A stretch of DNA of 64,000 nucleotides from Gammaproteobacteria bacterium (GCA_965203725.1 CBDBDH010000001.1:644686-708685); one strand, 5' to 3'; positions 8,532 to 17,480 are shown, counted from the first letter of the stretch. The notes: a model not told the origin generated them from the sequence alone. Numbers and translations: made by a program.

Positions 8532-8673
8532 GCGAAGGTACACCAGAAATCCATGAAGAACAATCAATGTGAGCGATAAAGAAACTACAGCTCAAGCATT
8601 GGACGTGTTTGCTCATATCTCTTTGATTCAAAAAATTCTGCTAGCTAATTGCGAAGTTAAAACACGGGCTTGA

Positions 8674-8865
8674 GTGACTGACTGCCAGAAAACGAATGGG
8701 CAGAAAATTCACGTTGGCCTTGAAGATGGCAGAAGAATTAAGATCTGGCTGCCTGGACTCCGAACCCCTGTTGCAGAAAATCCGGAATTATCTCTAGTGA
8801 ACTCCAGCAGGCCAACTGCAATTCGGACATCAGTTCAGCACCTAAAGGCTCTTGGAGGGCAGTAG
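8674..8865 (+). CDS. Hypothetical protein (63 aa)
   Basis: ORF only; no motif. Confidence 0.2.
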   Translation: MTDCQKTNGQKIHVGLEDGRRIKIWLPGLRTPVAENPELSLVNSSRPTAIRTSVQHLKALGGQ

Positions 8866-9093
8866 CTTCGGATGCACCCGCGATAGCACCCTCAGGCCTG
8901 ACTTCGCTAATTGGAGATCTAATAATGAAGACTCCATTCTCTCATGGCTCCTCACACAACTTAATCGACTCTGTGTGTGATTTTTCGACACCATTCATTA
9001 CCGGGTAAAAACTGGTGTCCTAGGTGGCTAGAATCTGCCCAGTCAGACAAATGTGTCGTTGCGGCCTCCGACAACAAAAAAGGAGAACTTGAA

Positions 9094-9351
9094 ATGGTGG
9101 AGAACCAAGAGACCATAACTATGAGCAAGATTTTGGCGGAGTTTCCCGACCTTGAGATAATAGAGACCTTAGACGTTCGACACTTTCGCGAGGTATCCGA
9201 TAATGGAAAGACTTTTCAGTTTGTAGTAGTACATGGAAGTTGTCTGAATCCTTCTTCTTCGCCAAAGGGGTCTTTTGCTCTTGCCCTGGAGCTTCATCAT
9301 CTGGTGAATTTTGCGAGGGATATTCTTCGCAATTATGAGGATTACGTATAG
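9094..9351 (+). CDS. Hypothetical protein (85 aa)
   Basis: Strong RBS AAAAAAGGAGAACTTGAAATG; in frame with track ORF 8977-9351. Confidence 0.4.
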   Translation: MVENQETITMSKILAEFPDLEIIETLDVRHFREVSDNGKTFQFVVVHGSCLNPSSSPKGSFALALELHHLVNFARDILRNYEDYV

Positions 9352-9867
9352 CTTTGCTTTGACACACGACGACCTCCTGCACTAAAATTAAAAGTGCAGT
9401 GGCTGTAGTGTGTCCGAGGCTCAACTGCCACGAAAGCCTCTCCACACACCTGACCTTAACTGCATTCCCAGCCCGGCGCAACCGCCCTAGCTCCACACTC
9501 CGGATTCCCAAAAATTTCGGAAAATTTTTTTGAAAACCCACAATCCACTTCGTGGAAACCACCGGCAAGTCCCTCACCGGCCGAAATCGTCAATATCCGG
9601 GTAAATTTCAGCTCGTAGCAGACCGAAGCTACAGACAAGTGAGGCCTTCCGATCCCCCGTACGGGTGACCAGGACAGGCTTCCCCAGCACACCCCATCCT
9701 TAACCAAGCCCAAAGGCCAGGATATTCATTTCCGAGGAAAAATTTTTTTTTGGGGTTTCGAATGTACGGGTACTACCCTGTAAGTACTATGGGGCCGCCC
9801 CCTCATCCATGGCCGGGTATACCCCCGCGCGACCGCGAACATTAGGCGTACGATCCGCCTCCCGCCG

Positions 9868-9915
9868 GCTCCAAGTCCCAGCTCCAAGTCCCGGCTCCAA
9901 GTCCCGGCTCCAACT
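9868..9915. repeat. Short tandem repeat GCTCCAAGTCCC(A/G) x about 3.5
   Basis: ggctccaagtccca gctccaagtcccg gctccaagtcccg gctccaact read directly in the sequence; non-coding context. Confidence 0.8.
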
Positions 9916-10195
9916 CGCACGCCCACGCCGGCCCTGCTTGCAGGCCCTGATCGGTGGCGGCCGTGAATGGCTGTGAACGTCTGTGAATGGCCTCGGAAAC
10001 CTATTTGGTTGCTCCCATATCAACCGAACAGATATTCTAACTGACTGATATTATTGGATATAGATCAATTGCGGCAACAAAGTTGCCCCTACAGTTGCCC
10101 CTAACTACCGATTGAAAACCGCAATCACAGACCAAAGCCGGAAAGGGTTCGAGCGGGTAAGTAAGCCACTGCATCCAAGTTGGCATTTTTCATTT

Positions 10196-10549
10196 TCATG
10201 TGATCGGCCATTCCCAGTCATGACCCAGACACTGGTAGCGGATAATCCCGCAGATCCTGTCCGCAGACATGCCGAAATGCTGTCCCAATTGCCTCCAGCT
10301 CAGCCCTGCCCTGCGCAGGCGTACTGCTTCCGTTACCTGCTCGTGGCTAAGCGAATGGCTTGCAGGCCCATACATGGACCTGTACATACTGAGACCCAGA
10401 CAGCCTGCACGGTACAACTGTCCACGCACTACCGCTGGGCTGACGCCATGCCGCCTGGCTACCTGTTTGACAATTTGGCCTTCCTCGTAAATCTGGCGCT
10501 TCCATTCGTCTACAGGGTAATGATCGGCTCTGCCCATACGTGCCCCCAC
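10196..10549 (-). CDS. Small DNA-binding protein with two resolvase-type (HTH_7-like) helix-turn-helix motifs
   Basis: Segments QIVKQVARRHGVSPAVVRGQLYR and LSHEQVTEAVRLRRAGLSWRQLGQHFGMSADRICGIIR resemble recombinase/resolvase C-terminal HTH. The overlapping opposite-strand ORF 10112-10567 has no features and is considered spurious. Confidence 0.45.
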   Translation of the reverse strand: MGARMGRADHYPVDEWKRQIYEEGQIVKQVARRHGVSPAVVRGQLYRAGCLGLSMYRSMYGPASHSLSHEQVTEAVRLRRAGLSWRQLGQHFGMSADRICGIIRYQCLGHDWEWPIT

Positions 10550-10804
10550 TGGTTAGTAAGATCATGATCGTGCGGCCTTGGGCTGGTTCAAGAATAAACC
10601 GGCCTGATCCGCTCCGTCTTGGTCAAATCACTATGCCGAAATTCAGGGATTTATCAAGCCTGCAGAACCGAAAATAACTCCCGGTATAAACACGATCGAC
10701 GGCGGGCATCCATCGCTTGCCCAAAATGCCGGACAAGGCTCCAGTCGGGCAATGCCGGGAAGTCCTGGCCCTGAATGAGACTGCTGAAGGCTCACTTTGG
10801 GCTG

Positions 10805-11270
10805 CCCAGTCTCAACCCCGCCCCCGCAGTCTCAAAATCCTTTGGAGTAGTCTCACAAAAATGGCAAATCGTCTCACTGCTATCTCACAATAACAGTAAT
10901 ATATTCATGTAGTTACGCAGTTTCCGGCAATTTTTGCCCCGATAATTCTCCAGAAATTGAACGCATTTAATTTCCGCGCAGAGATATCTATGTGTAGTTG
11001 CCTTGGAAGACCCTCTTAACCGGCGTATTTGAGGGTATAGGTGATGACAGACTTTCTTGCTCGCACGCACGTATATATGTGTATATACCACATTGTCCTA
11101 ATAATAATAATAAATATCTTATAAGTATTTATATTATATAGGATTATGCATGAGATAATGGTGAGACTAAATCGCTATTTTGTGAGACTAAATCGCTATT
11201 TCCTGAGACTGGGAACACTTTTTCAACCCACATTGAGACAGATTCTTCACGATTGAGACCGTGAAAAATG
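10805..11270. promoter_or_regulatory. AT-rich core flanked by phased 6-mer iteron-like repeats (GTCTCA x4-5 on left, TGAGAC x5 on right, about 22-bp spacing) including two 21-bp perfect direct repeats
   Basis: Left: ...cagtctcaaaatcc...agtctcacaaaaatggcaaatcgtctcactgctatctcaca. Right: gtgagactaaatcgctatttt gtgagactaaatcgctatttc ctgagactggg...attgagacag...gattgagaccg. Centre has (TAA)n/AT-rich sequence. Lies in the 1-kb divergent gap between the HTH gene and the RadC-led operon. Confidence 0.55.
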
Positions 11271-11587
11271 TCACTAACGCCTGATCCTGATCGGTTCACG
11301 ATGCCGTTTCAGCTGGACCTCGCGTCGGCTGAGATTACCCCTGGCTATGTATCCAAGACACGCCCTGCGGCCGTGAAAAAGCTTCGGCTGCCCAAATTTG
11401 AGGGTTCAGACGGCCCCCAGCCCGACATGCTGACGCGCTGCTGCCGGCAATGATCTTGGCTGACTGACGCCTCGATCACTCGCATGACGATGCAGCTCTT
11501 TTCCTAAATCTCGATCCGCAAGAGAGGGTTTACATATAGGACATAATGTCCTATACTATGCAATACTAACCATGGGTCTGATCCCAC

Positions 11588-12076
11588 TTGAATGAGCAAG
11601 GAGAAACTCATATGAAAAAACTCTCAAGCATGACGAGCAAGCAAAAGGACGAGACCGTCCAGCTTGCCATCAAGATTCTCTCTTACCGACATCGCGCAGG
11701 CCAAACCCTTGGCAGTCCCGATGAAACCTGCAACTACCTTTGCCTTCGGATGGCCGAATACCGCAATGAAGTGTTTGGCGCACTGTACCTAGACAACCTT
11801 TGCCGCATCATCGCGATCAAGGAGCTTTTCCAAGGCACAGTCAACTCGGCATCCGTGCATCCCCGTGTCGTGGTGCAAGAGGCCATGGAAGCGAATGCGG
11901 CAGCCGTCGTGTTCTTCCATAACCATCCTTCGGGAGTCGCCGAACCATCCCGAGCCGATGAAATGATTACCCGCAGACTCAAGGAAGCCTTGGCATTGGT
12001 CGATGTTCGAGTACTCGACCATTTTGTCGTGAGTGCGGGCGAGTCCGTTTCATTCGCGGAACGGGGATTGCTCTGA
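11588..12076 (+). CDS. RadC-like JAB/MPN-domain protein (UPF0758 family)
   Basis: Motif FFHNHPSGVAEPSRADEMITRRL (ExnHxHPSG...PSxxD JAMM signature); likely true start at MKKLSSM (about 11612). Confidence 0.75.
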   Translation: MNEQGETHMKKLSSMTSKQKDETVQLAIKILSYRHRAGQTLGSPDETCNYLCLRMAEYRNEVFGALYLDNLCRIIAIKELFQGTVNSASVHPRVVVQEAMEANAAAVVFFHNHPSGVAEPSRADEMITRRLKEALALVDVRVLDHFVVSAGESVSFAERGLL

Positions 12077-12157
12077 GACTTCCCAAATGTGCAGCTTCCC
12101 CGCGAGGCTGCGCACTTGGGAGGCCACAGGGGCTGACCGCAACGAGAAGGAGACGAC

Positions 12158-12595
12158 ATGCCAGAAGAGTACACAAGCGAGTTTCACGAGCAGCTATGCG
12201 CGACCTGCGCCGAGGCGGACCCGGATCAGCCGATCACGACCGCCCGCGAGATCGTCGCTGCTGCCCGCCAGATGAGCTACACCGACGAGGAGATTCACTG
12301 GAATGCCGGGGACGTGTTCAAGAACGTGTCCCTGACCGCACAGGAGGCGCGAGTCTGCCTGTACGTGAAGAACATGACCAAGGGGGGCGCTGCCCCCCTG
12401 TCCGATGAACACCGCGACCGTGCGGACGTCATCGCCCGTGAGAACGTGGAATACACCACCGATGACAACGGTATCACGACCGGGTACGTGGCATGGGGGG
12501 CCGGAGGCTTCGAGGCTGCGGGCAGCAGCGAGGCCGAAGTGCTCAACCACCTTGCCGAACAGATCGCCATCGAACTGAGAGACACAGGGATATGA
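12158..12595 (+). CDS. Hypothetical protein (145 aa), first cassette-like gene after RadC-like gene
   Basis: RBS GAGAAGGAGACGACATG; no family recognised. Confidence 0.55.
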   Translation: MPEEYTSEFHEQLCATCAEADPDQPITTAREIVAAARQMSYTDEEIHWNAGDVFKNVSLTAQEARVCLYVKNMTKGGAAPLSDEHRDRADVIARENVEYTTDDNGITTGYVAWGAGGFEAAGSSEAEVLNHLAEQIAIELRDTGI

Positions 12596-12735
12596 GACAG
12601 GAACTCAAGCATGCCCTGATCCAGTTCGGGGGCGTGGTGTTTGCGATCTGCATCCACCTCGCGCCCATCGCGCTGATCTGGCTGTTCACGGGCGAATTGC
12701 CGCCCATCTTCCAATCACAGGAGACACAACCATGA
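12591..12735 (+). CDS. Small hydrophobic single-TM peptide (48 aa), translationally coupled on both sides
   Basis: MRQELKHALIQFGGVVFAICIHLAPIALIWLFTGELPPIFQSQETQP. Its ATG overlaps the preceding stop (ATGA) and its TGA overlaps the next ATG (ATGA). Confidence 0.35.
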
Positions 12736-13193
12736 CCACCGAATACAAAACCCTGCACGCAGGGACCATGACCTTTGACAATGTCGAACCGGCCCGCCTC
12801 GTCGAGTTCAAGTGCGACACCGACGCTGTGAGCTTCAGTGCCGTGGACGATACCGGGACCATCGAGAAGATCGAAAAGGAGATCCGCCTGATGGTCTCCA
12901 GCGCCCTGTGCGGTGCCAAGGACAGCGGAGCCTTCGACATGGCATTCCAGCGCGGCTTCTGGGGCACCGTCGAGGTGTTCGTGACATGGCGCGTCATGCC
13001 GTCCACCGACGAGGCGACGCCCGCCCCTGAAGAGGACCACCAACTCCAGCAACAGGTCTGTGAGGATCTGGAGAAGGTACTTGAAGTGCTTGAGTTCTTT
13101 ATCCAGCACGACATGACCCTGCGTCTGGTTCCGGCACAGGCCATCGTCTGGAAAAACGCGATCGAGACCGCGCACGACGTCCTGTTCAGCTAG
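12732..13193 (+). CDS. Hypothetical protein (153 aa)
   Basis: Conserved start context ACAGGAGACACAACCATGACC. Confidence 0.55.
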   Translation: MTTEYKTLHAGTMTFDNVEPARLVEFKCDTDAVSFSAVDDTGTIEKIEKEIRLMVSSALCGAKDSGAFDMAFQRGFWGTVEVFVTWRVMPSTDEATPAPEEDHQLQQQVCEDLEKVLEVLEFFIQHDMTLRLVPAQAIVWKNAIETAHDVLFS

Positions 13194-13198
13194 GCGGA

Positions 13199-13255
13199 TG
13201 CGGATATGCCCCTTCTCACGAGGGGGCATTCCGGATCGGCATCGGCCTATCCATA
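13199..13255 (+). repeat. Leader hairpin, type I (degenerate copy)
   Basis: cggatatgcccc ttctcacga gggggcattccg upstream of the 13277 gene. Confidence 0.5.
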
Positions 13256-13276
13256 ACGAAGACAGGAGACAGAACC

Positions 13277-13702
13277 ATGACCTATGAATTCACACCCGAC
13301 CAGCTTGCATGGATTGAGGCGCTGGAGTCCGGCAAGTACAAGCAGGGCACCGGCGTCCTGAAACAAAACGATCAGGACGGCACAGCATGCTACTGCTGTC
13401 TCGGACTGGCCTGCGAAATACTCGACCCCGCCGGCTTCACCCCGCAAGCCCAGACCATCCCGCTCAAGGATGGCAGCAAACGCGACGCCTATCCCTATGT
13501 CGGGCTCGCCAGCTTCCTCGATGAAAGCATGGTGACACGCCTGCAACTGAACGGCACCGCCGGGGACTGCCTGGACACCGACGGCAAGCAGGTCGAGGGC
13601 CGCGACCTGGCCCACCTGAACGACAACGGCAGCAGCTTCGCTGAAATCGCGCAGCTGCTGCGCCAGCGCCCGGAACGCTACTTCGACAAGGTCGTCAGCT
13701 AG
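13277..13702 (+). CDS. Hypothetical protein (141 aa)
   Basis: Start context ACAGGAGACAGAACCATGACC preceded by imperfect leader hairpin. Confidence 0.55.
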   Translation: MTYEFTPDQLAWIEALESGKYKQGTGVLKQNDQDGTACYCCLGLACEILDPAGFTPQAQTIPLKDGSKRDAYPYVGLASFLDESMVTRLQLNGTAGDCLDTDGKQVEGRDLAHLNDNGSSFAEIAQLLRQRPERYFDKVVS

Positions 13703-13709
13703 AAGCTGT

Positions 13710-13762
13710 CCGGATATGCCTGTCGCAAGGCAGGCATATCCGGCTGGACTTCAGCCGATAAC
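13710..13762 (+). repeat. Leader element, type I: perfect palindrome CCGGATATGCCTG-N8-CAGGCATATCCGG plus GGCTG-gactt-CAGCC-GATAAC
   Basis: Read directly; identical copy at 14139-14191, near-identical at 14653-14709, related at 15966-16017. Confidence 0.8.
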
Positions 13763-13780
13763 AAGACAGGAGACACAACC

Positions 13781-14131
13781 ATGACCACTTACTACCCCCC
13801 TCAACCGAGCATCCAGCACTCCCCATGGGGACGGGTGCAGAACGAGATCACGCTGGCCGAAGGCATCACCTTCGTCGATACCGCAAGCCATGGCGGGATC
13901 AAGCTTTCCGCCGAGCGCGTCGCCCAGATGCCCCGAGGCGCACGCAAGACGTCTGGCTGGTACGAGGAAGACTGTGAGTCTCTCTGGCCCCTGAGCAAGT
14001 TCTGGGACGAGCTTGACCACGCCGCTCTGTTCGGGGCTGACGAGAAGGCCATCCAGAAGGCCCATGACTCGATTCAGGCAGGACTTGACCACTACGACAA
14101 CGACTTCTCGCGGGTACGAATGCACACCTAG
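13781..14131 (+). CDS. Hypothetical protein (116 aa)
   Basis: Preceded by type-I leader hairpin and ACAGGAGACACAACCATGACC. Confidence 0.55.
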   Translation: MTTYYPPQPSIQHSPWGRVQNEITLAEGITFVDTASHGGIKLSAERVAQMPRGARKTSGWYEEDCESLWPLSKFWDELDHAALFGADEKAIQKAHDSIQAGLDHYDNDFSRVRMHT

Positions 14132-14138
14132 AGACTAC

Positions 14139-14191
14139 CCGGATATGCCTGTCGCAAGGCAGGCATATCCGGCTGGACTTCAGCCGATAAC
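14139..14191 (+). repeat. Leader element, type I (identical copy)
   Basis: ccggatatgcctgtcgcaaggcaggcatatccggctggacttcagccgataac. Confidence 0.8.
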
Positions 14192-14211
14192 TACACAGGA
14201 GATAGAAAACC

Positions 14212-14646
14212 ATGACAGACGCAAGAGACATTACGGAGCGAGGACAAGCCATTGACTGGGTCGAGTCCACGCTGGAAAGCAATGCCCACTACGAACACGG
14301 CAGCGAGTACCTGGAGAACTTCATCAAGCAGGTCGTGACAGGCATCAAGGCGCCTATGCACGACACCAACACGTTGCAGGCGATCGTCGAGGCCCTGGAC
14401 GATCCGAAGGTCGAGGCCAGTGAAATCGTATCCGAGCACAGCTGGGTGTTGCTGGCCGAAGCCCTCGACAACTACTCGGTGGACCAGCTCATCAATGACG
14501 CGCTGGAGAAAGGCGTGGACGCCTACCGGGCGCACCATGTGTGCAGCGCCGACGTCAGTGAGCAGATGGGCACGGAGCTCATGGGGCACGGGCGCACGGA
14601 CCTGGTCGCCGGCCGCGAGGTCAACATGCCGCGGGAGGACGACTGA
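14212..14646 (+). CDS. Hypothetical acidic protein (144 aa)
   Basis: Preceded by type-I leader hairpin and ACAGGAGATAGAAAACCATGACA. Confidence 0.55.
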   Translation: MTDARDITERGQAIDWVESTLESNAHYEHGSEYLENFIKQVVTGIKAPMHDTNTLQAIVEALDDPKVEASEIVSEHSWVLLAEALDNYSVDQLINDALEKGVDAYRAHHVCSADVSEQMGTELMGHGRTDLVAGREVNMPREDD

Positions 14647-14652
14647 GGCTGT

Positions 14653-14709
14653 CCGGCGATGCCTGTGCTGCAAGGGGCAGGCATCCCCGGCTGGACTTCA
14701 GCCGATACC
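14653..14709 (+). repeat. Leader element, type I (variant copy)
   Basis: ccggcgatgcctgtgctgcaaggggcaggcatccccggctggacttcagccgatacc. Confidence 0.75.
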
Positions 14710-14728
14710 AAGACAAGGAGACACCCTT

Positions 14729-14980
14729 ATGAAAATGAAAACGACCAAGATCGCCGGCGGGTTCCAGACCGTCATTGAACCGGACCGGCCCGCAGCTGCG
14801 GACGGCCAGCGCTACACGCTGCTGTACGAGACTGACACCGGATGCGCCGAGGCCGATACGCAGGCCCGCGGCATCAGTGAGGCCATCCGCAACTTTCGCC
14901 GCGACGTGCCCGATGAGTACCACGGCGCAGACGCCTATATCACGGACGAGGACGGCTGCGAATACCCCATGGACTGGTAA
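14729..14980 (+). CDS. Hypothetical protein (83 aa)
   Basis: In frame within track ORF 14420-14980; preceded by type-I hairpin and AAGGAGACACCCTTATG. Confidence 0.5.
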   Translation: MKMKTTKIAGGFQTVIEPDRPAAADGQRYTLLYETDTGCAEADTQARGISEAIRNFRRDVPDEYHGADAYITDEDGCEYPMDW

Positions 14981-15004
14981 CCCTTAACGAGACAGGAGTA
15001 AGCC

Positions 15005-15436
15005 ATGAATAAAGAGAGACTGATGGAGCTGGCAGACCACATCGAGGCCGTGGGATACCAGCGGATCGTCAAGCGCAAGGGCACCAACCCTGAAGCGCAG
15101 TTCGACATGCGCCAATGGGTGCACGAGTGCGGCGCACCTGGCTGCATCGCGGGCCATGGCGTGAACCACTTCGAGCCCGACACCTATCAGGAGTGCCTGA
15201 AGCTGCAGGAAGGTCCGGACGAGGACGTGAATGCCATGCAGACGGCGATATCCAGGGAAGCCCAGAGGATCCTGGACCTGGACTACCTGACCGCATGCCG
15301 CCTGTTCAATCCGCATGCCATTGATAACGTGTACGACAGCGGACCCGATAAGGCGGCGGATGTGCTGCGCAAGCTGGCCGCCGGCCAGGGCGTCACCTGG
15401 TTTTCCCCCAGGGTGCGGGCGGAATTCGGAGTTTGA
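15005..15436 (+). CDS. Hypothetical protein (143 aa)
   Basis: RBS CAGGAGTAAGCCATG. Confidence 0.55.
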   Translation: MNKERLMELADHIEAVGYQRIVKRKGTNPEAQFDMRQWVHECGAPGCIAGHGVNHFEPDTYQECLKLQEGPDEDVNAMQTAISREAQRILDLDYLTACRLFNPHAIDNVYDSGPDKAADVLRKLAAGQGVTWFSPRVRAEFGV

Positions 15437-15438
15437 CC

Positions 15439-15750
15439 ATGGCCCGCCGGAAATACACGATCAAGTCCAGCCCGAACATCCGCATGTTCGAGGTGCAGAT
15501 GCGCGACCGCTCGGAGCGGTTCGTGCTGGCCCGCATCGGCCACGCTAAGGTGCGGATCTGCACGCTCGGCATGTGGACGAAGCTTTACCACGACCGGCGC
15601 TTCTTCGAGCGCGTGGTGGTGCGCGAGCTCGAGCTGGACGCCGACATGCGGGCGCGGGTGCGCAAGGCCATGAGCCCGCACATGCGCCGGCACAAACCCA
15701 CCAGATTCACGGACCAGGTCATTGCGACCGTACAGGAGAACGCCGCATGA
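15439..15750 (+). CDS. Hypothetical basic protein (103 aa)
   Basis: ATG 3 nt after previous stop; in frame with track ORF 15433-15750. Confidence 0.5.
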   Translation: MARRKYTIKSSPNIRMFEVQMRDRSERFVLARIGHAKVRICTLGMWTKLYHDRRFFERVVVRELELDADMRARVRKAMSPHMRRHKPTRFTDQVIATVQENAA

Positions 15751-15959
15751 ACGACATCGACGCACGGATCACGCTCAGCAGCTCGAAATGCCGCATCGAG
15801 CCGGTATCGGATACCGCCAGGGACTGGCTGGAACAGCACGTGTTCCGCATGACCACCGGCTACGAGTTCGGCCCCGTGCAGGGCAAGCGCGTACACGACG
15901 ACATGCTCAAAGTCGGCATGACCCTGCATATCGTGGAGGTGACCCACCACTTCGAGTGA
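15747..15959 (+). CDS. Hypothetical protein (70 aa)
   Basis: ATGA start/stop overlap with preceding gene; ACAGGAGAACGCCGCATGA; in frame with track ORF 15573-15959. Confidence 0.45.
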   Translation: MNDIDARITLSSSKCRIEPVSDTARDWLEQHVFRMTTGYEFGPVQGKRVHDDMLKVGMTLHIVEVTHHFE

Positions 15960-15965
15960 GGCGCA

Positions 15966-16017
15966 CCGGCATAGCCTGTGCAGGCTGCAGGCTATCCCGG
16001 CCAGCTTCGGCCGAAAC
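15966..16017 (+). repeat. Leader element, type I-related
   Basis: ccggcatagcctgtgcaggctgcaggctatcccggccagcttcggccgaaac. Confidence 0.6.
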
Positions 16018-16045
16018 TGAGAAACCCAAAATACAGGAGAAAACC

Positions 16046-16486
16046 ATGACCAATACATCCACCACCCACCCGCAGCTCGAATCCGACTTCGGGCCCGTCA
16101 TTCACACGTATACACGCGCACAGGCCATCGAGGACGGTGTGCTCATCGATGTGTCCAAAACCGCACGAGAGGCCGGATTTACCCTGCCTGTGGCCATAAC
16201 CGCGGCTGCCTATGCCGACACCGTGGAATGGACGAAAGCGGATAGTGAGCGGCAACGCGTCTACCAAGACCAGAGCGGGCGCCTTTGGGATGCCCTTTAC
16301 ATGGCGGTTTTTGCAATACGAGCGCGAAGCGCCAGACCAAACGATACCACGATGGAATACGAGTTTTACCGAGTGCCGTGTGGCGGCAGGGCCACCAAGC
16401 CGCGTCGAGTCACTCTCAAGCTGGTGATCGGTCCGGGCGATGATGCAGAGCCGGTCGTCACAATCATGATGCCGGACGAGGACTGA
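16046..16486 (+). CDS. Hypothetical protein (146 aa)
   Basis: Preceded by leader hairpin and ACAGGAGAAAACCATGACC; in frame with track ORF 15722-16486. Confidence 0.55.
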   Translation: MTNTSTTHPQLESDFGPVIHTYTRAQAIEDGVLIDVSKTAREAGFTLPVAITAAAYADTVEWTKADSERQRVYQDQSGRLWDALYMAVFAIRARSARPNDTTMEYEFYRVPCGGRATKPRRVTLKLVIGPGDDAEPVVTIMMPDED

Positions 16487-16499
16487 CCGGGGCAGCCAG

Positions 16500-16545
16500 G
16501 GGCACAGGGATCGTGCCCGCCGTCTGCGGGTGTGTTTGCCCGTAC
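16500..16545 (+). repeat. Leader element, type II: GGGCACAGGGATCGTGCCC hairpin (GGA in loop) plus CGGGTGTGTTTGCCCG
   Basis: Read directly; homologous copy at 17669-17716. Confidence 0.7.
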
Positions 16546-16593
16546 CGATGAAGGGGGAACCCAGAAACGGCAACCAAAGAAGGAGACCAAACC

Positions 16594-16965
16594 ATGACCA
16601 CAGAAGACAAGTATTTCGACCTGCAGACGACCGGCGTGGGCTACCTGCGCAAGGTGGACGACCACGAGCCGCCGACGATCACCATCGCCGCCCTTCGCGG
16701 CAGAACCGGAGATGTCCAGTACACACACTTCGAGTGCGGGGTCGTGGGCAGCAAGGCACAGGCCACCGTTAAGGAGCTCCGGGGAGCCGTTGACGACGGA
16801 CTGAGAGTCCTGATCGGCTTCACGCTCAGCGATCTGCATCTGGAGCTCAGCACCTATCAGGGCGGCGAGCGCGACGGCCAGACCAAGGCTCGGCTGAAAG
16901 GACGCTTGCTGCGAATTTCCTATACGAAGGTGGAAGGACAACCATTCATCCCGAACGCCGCATAA
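16594..16965 (+). CDS. DUF3577-like protein (family typical of ICE/genomic-island cargo)
   Basis: YFDLQTTGVGYLRKV...ITIAALRG...YTHFECGVVG...KARLKGRLL resembles the DUF3577 signature as I recall it (YF.LhtrGiGYlnR...aL.G...Y..FdcrV.G). Preceded by type-II GGA-loop hairpin and AAGGAGACCAAACCATGACC. Confidence 0.55.
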   Translation: MTTEDKYFDLQTTGVGYLRKVDDHEPPTITIAALRGRTGDVQYTHFECGVVGSKAQATVKELRGAVDDGLRVLIGFTLSDLHLELSTYQGGERDGQTKARLKGRLLRISYTKVEGQPFIPNAA

Positions 16966-17035
16966 AGCAGCAGGAAACGGCCCTCTGGGATTCCAGGGGG
17001 CCCGGCACCAATCACAACACAGGAGAACCAAAACC

Positions 17036-17398
17036 ATGAGAACGATGAGCACACGGCTCGACGACCACAAAACCAGTGGCATGGTAAACACCACGCCATC
17101 TGACTGGTACACGAGTCACCTGACACACCAGCCCACCATAACCACGCACCTGAGCGCGGACGAGAAGGGCGTGGCGTTCAAGACCCTGCGGAACAACGAC
17201 GTGATCGAGGATGGCTACATTGCACTCGATGAGGTGAGGACGGCCGGCAAGCGCCGCAACCTGATCCGCCGCATGACCCGCGAGAGCAACCAGTTGCTGA
17301 TCGACGGTCCGGAATCCGAGCTAAAGCTGTTGGGCATCATGCAATCGGCCAAGAGCTGCCAGATCGGACTGAAGCGCCAACATGTAGTAGTGGTATAG
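17036..17398 (+). CDS. Hypothetical protein (120 aa)
   Basis: Preceded by hairpin GGCCCTCTGGGATTCCAGGGGGCC and ACAGGAGAACCAAAACCATG. Confidence 0.5.
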   Translation: MRTMSTRLDDHKTSGMVNTTPSDWYTSHLTHQPTITTHLSADEKGVAFKTLRNNDVIEDGYIALDEVRTAGKRRNLIRRMTRESNQLLIDGPESELKLLGIMQSAKSCQIGLKRQHVVVV

Positions 17399-17480
17399 GC
17401 CCAACGGGCCGGGCATCGCCGAGCCCCAGCTCAAACAGATTGCCCGGCCCCGAAGGCCATCAAACCTAATGGAGGTAAAC

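Noticed and set aside
8352-8567. 71-aa minus-strand ORF
   Set aside because: Overlaps and is antisense to the plus-strand CsrA-like ORF, which has an unmistakable CsrA alignment.
9119-9577. 152-aa minus-strand ORF
   Set aside because: Antisense to a plus ORF that has a strong RBS. No motif; AT-rich.
10112-10567. 151-aa plus-strand ORF
   Set aside because: Overlaps the opposite-strand ORF, which carries two recognisable HTH motifs. The plus ORF has no features.
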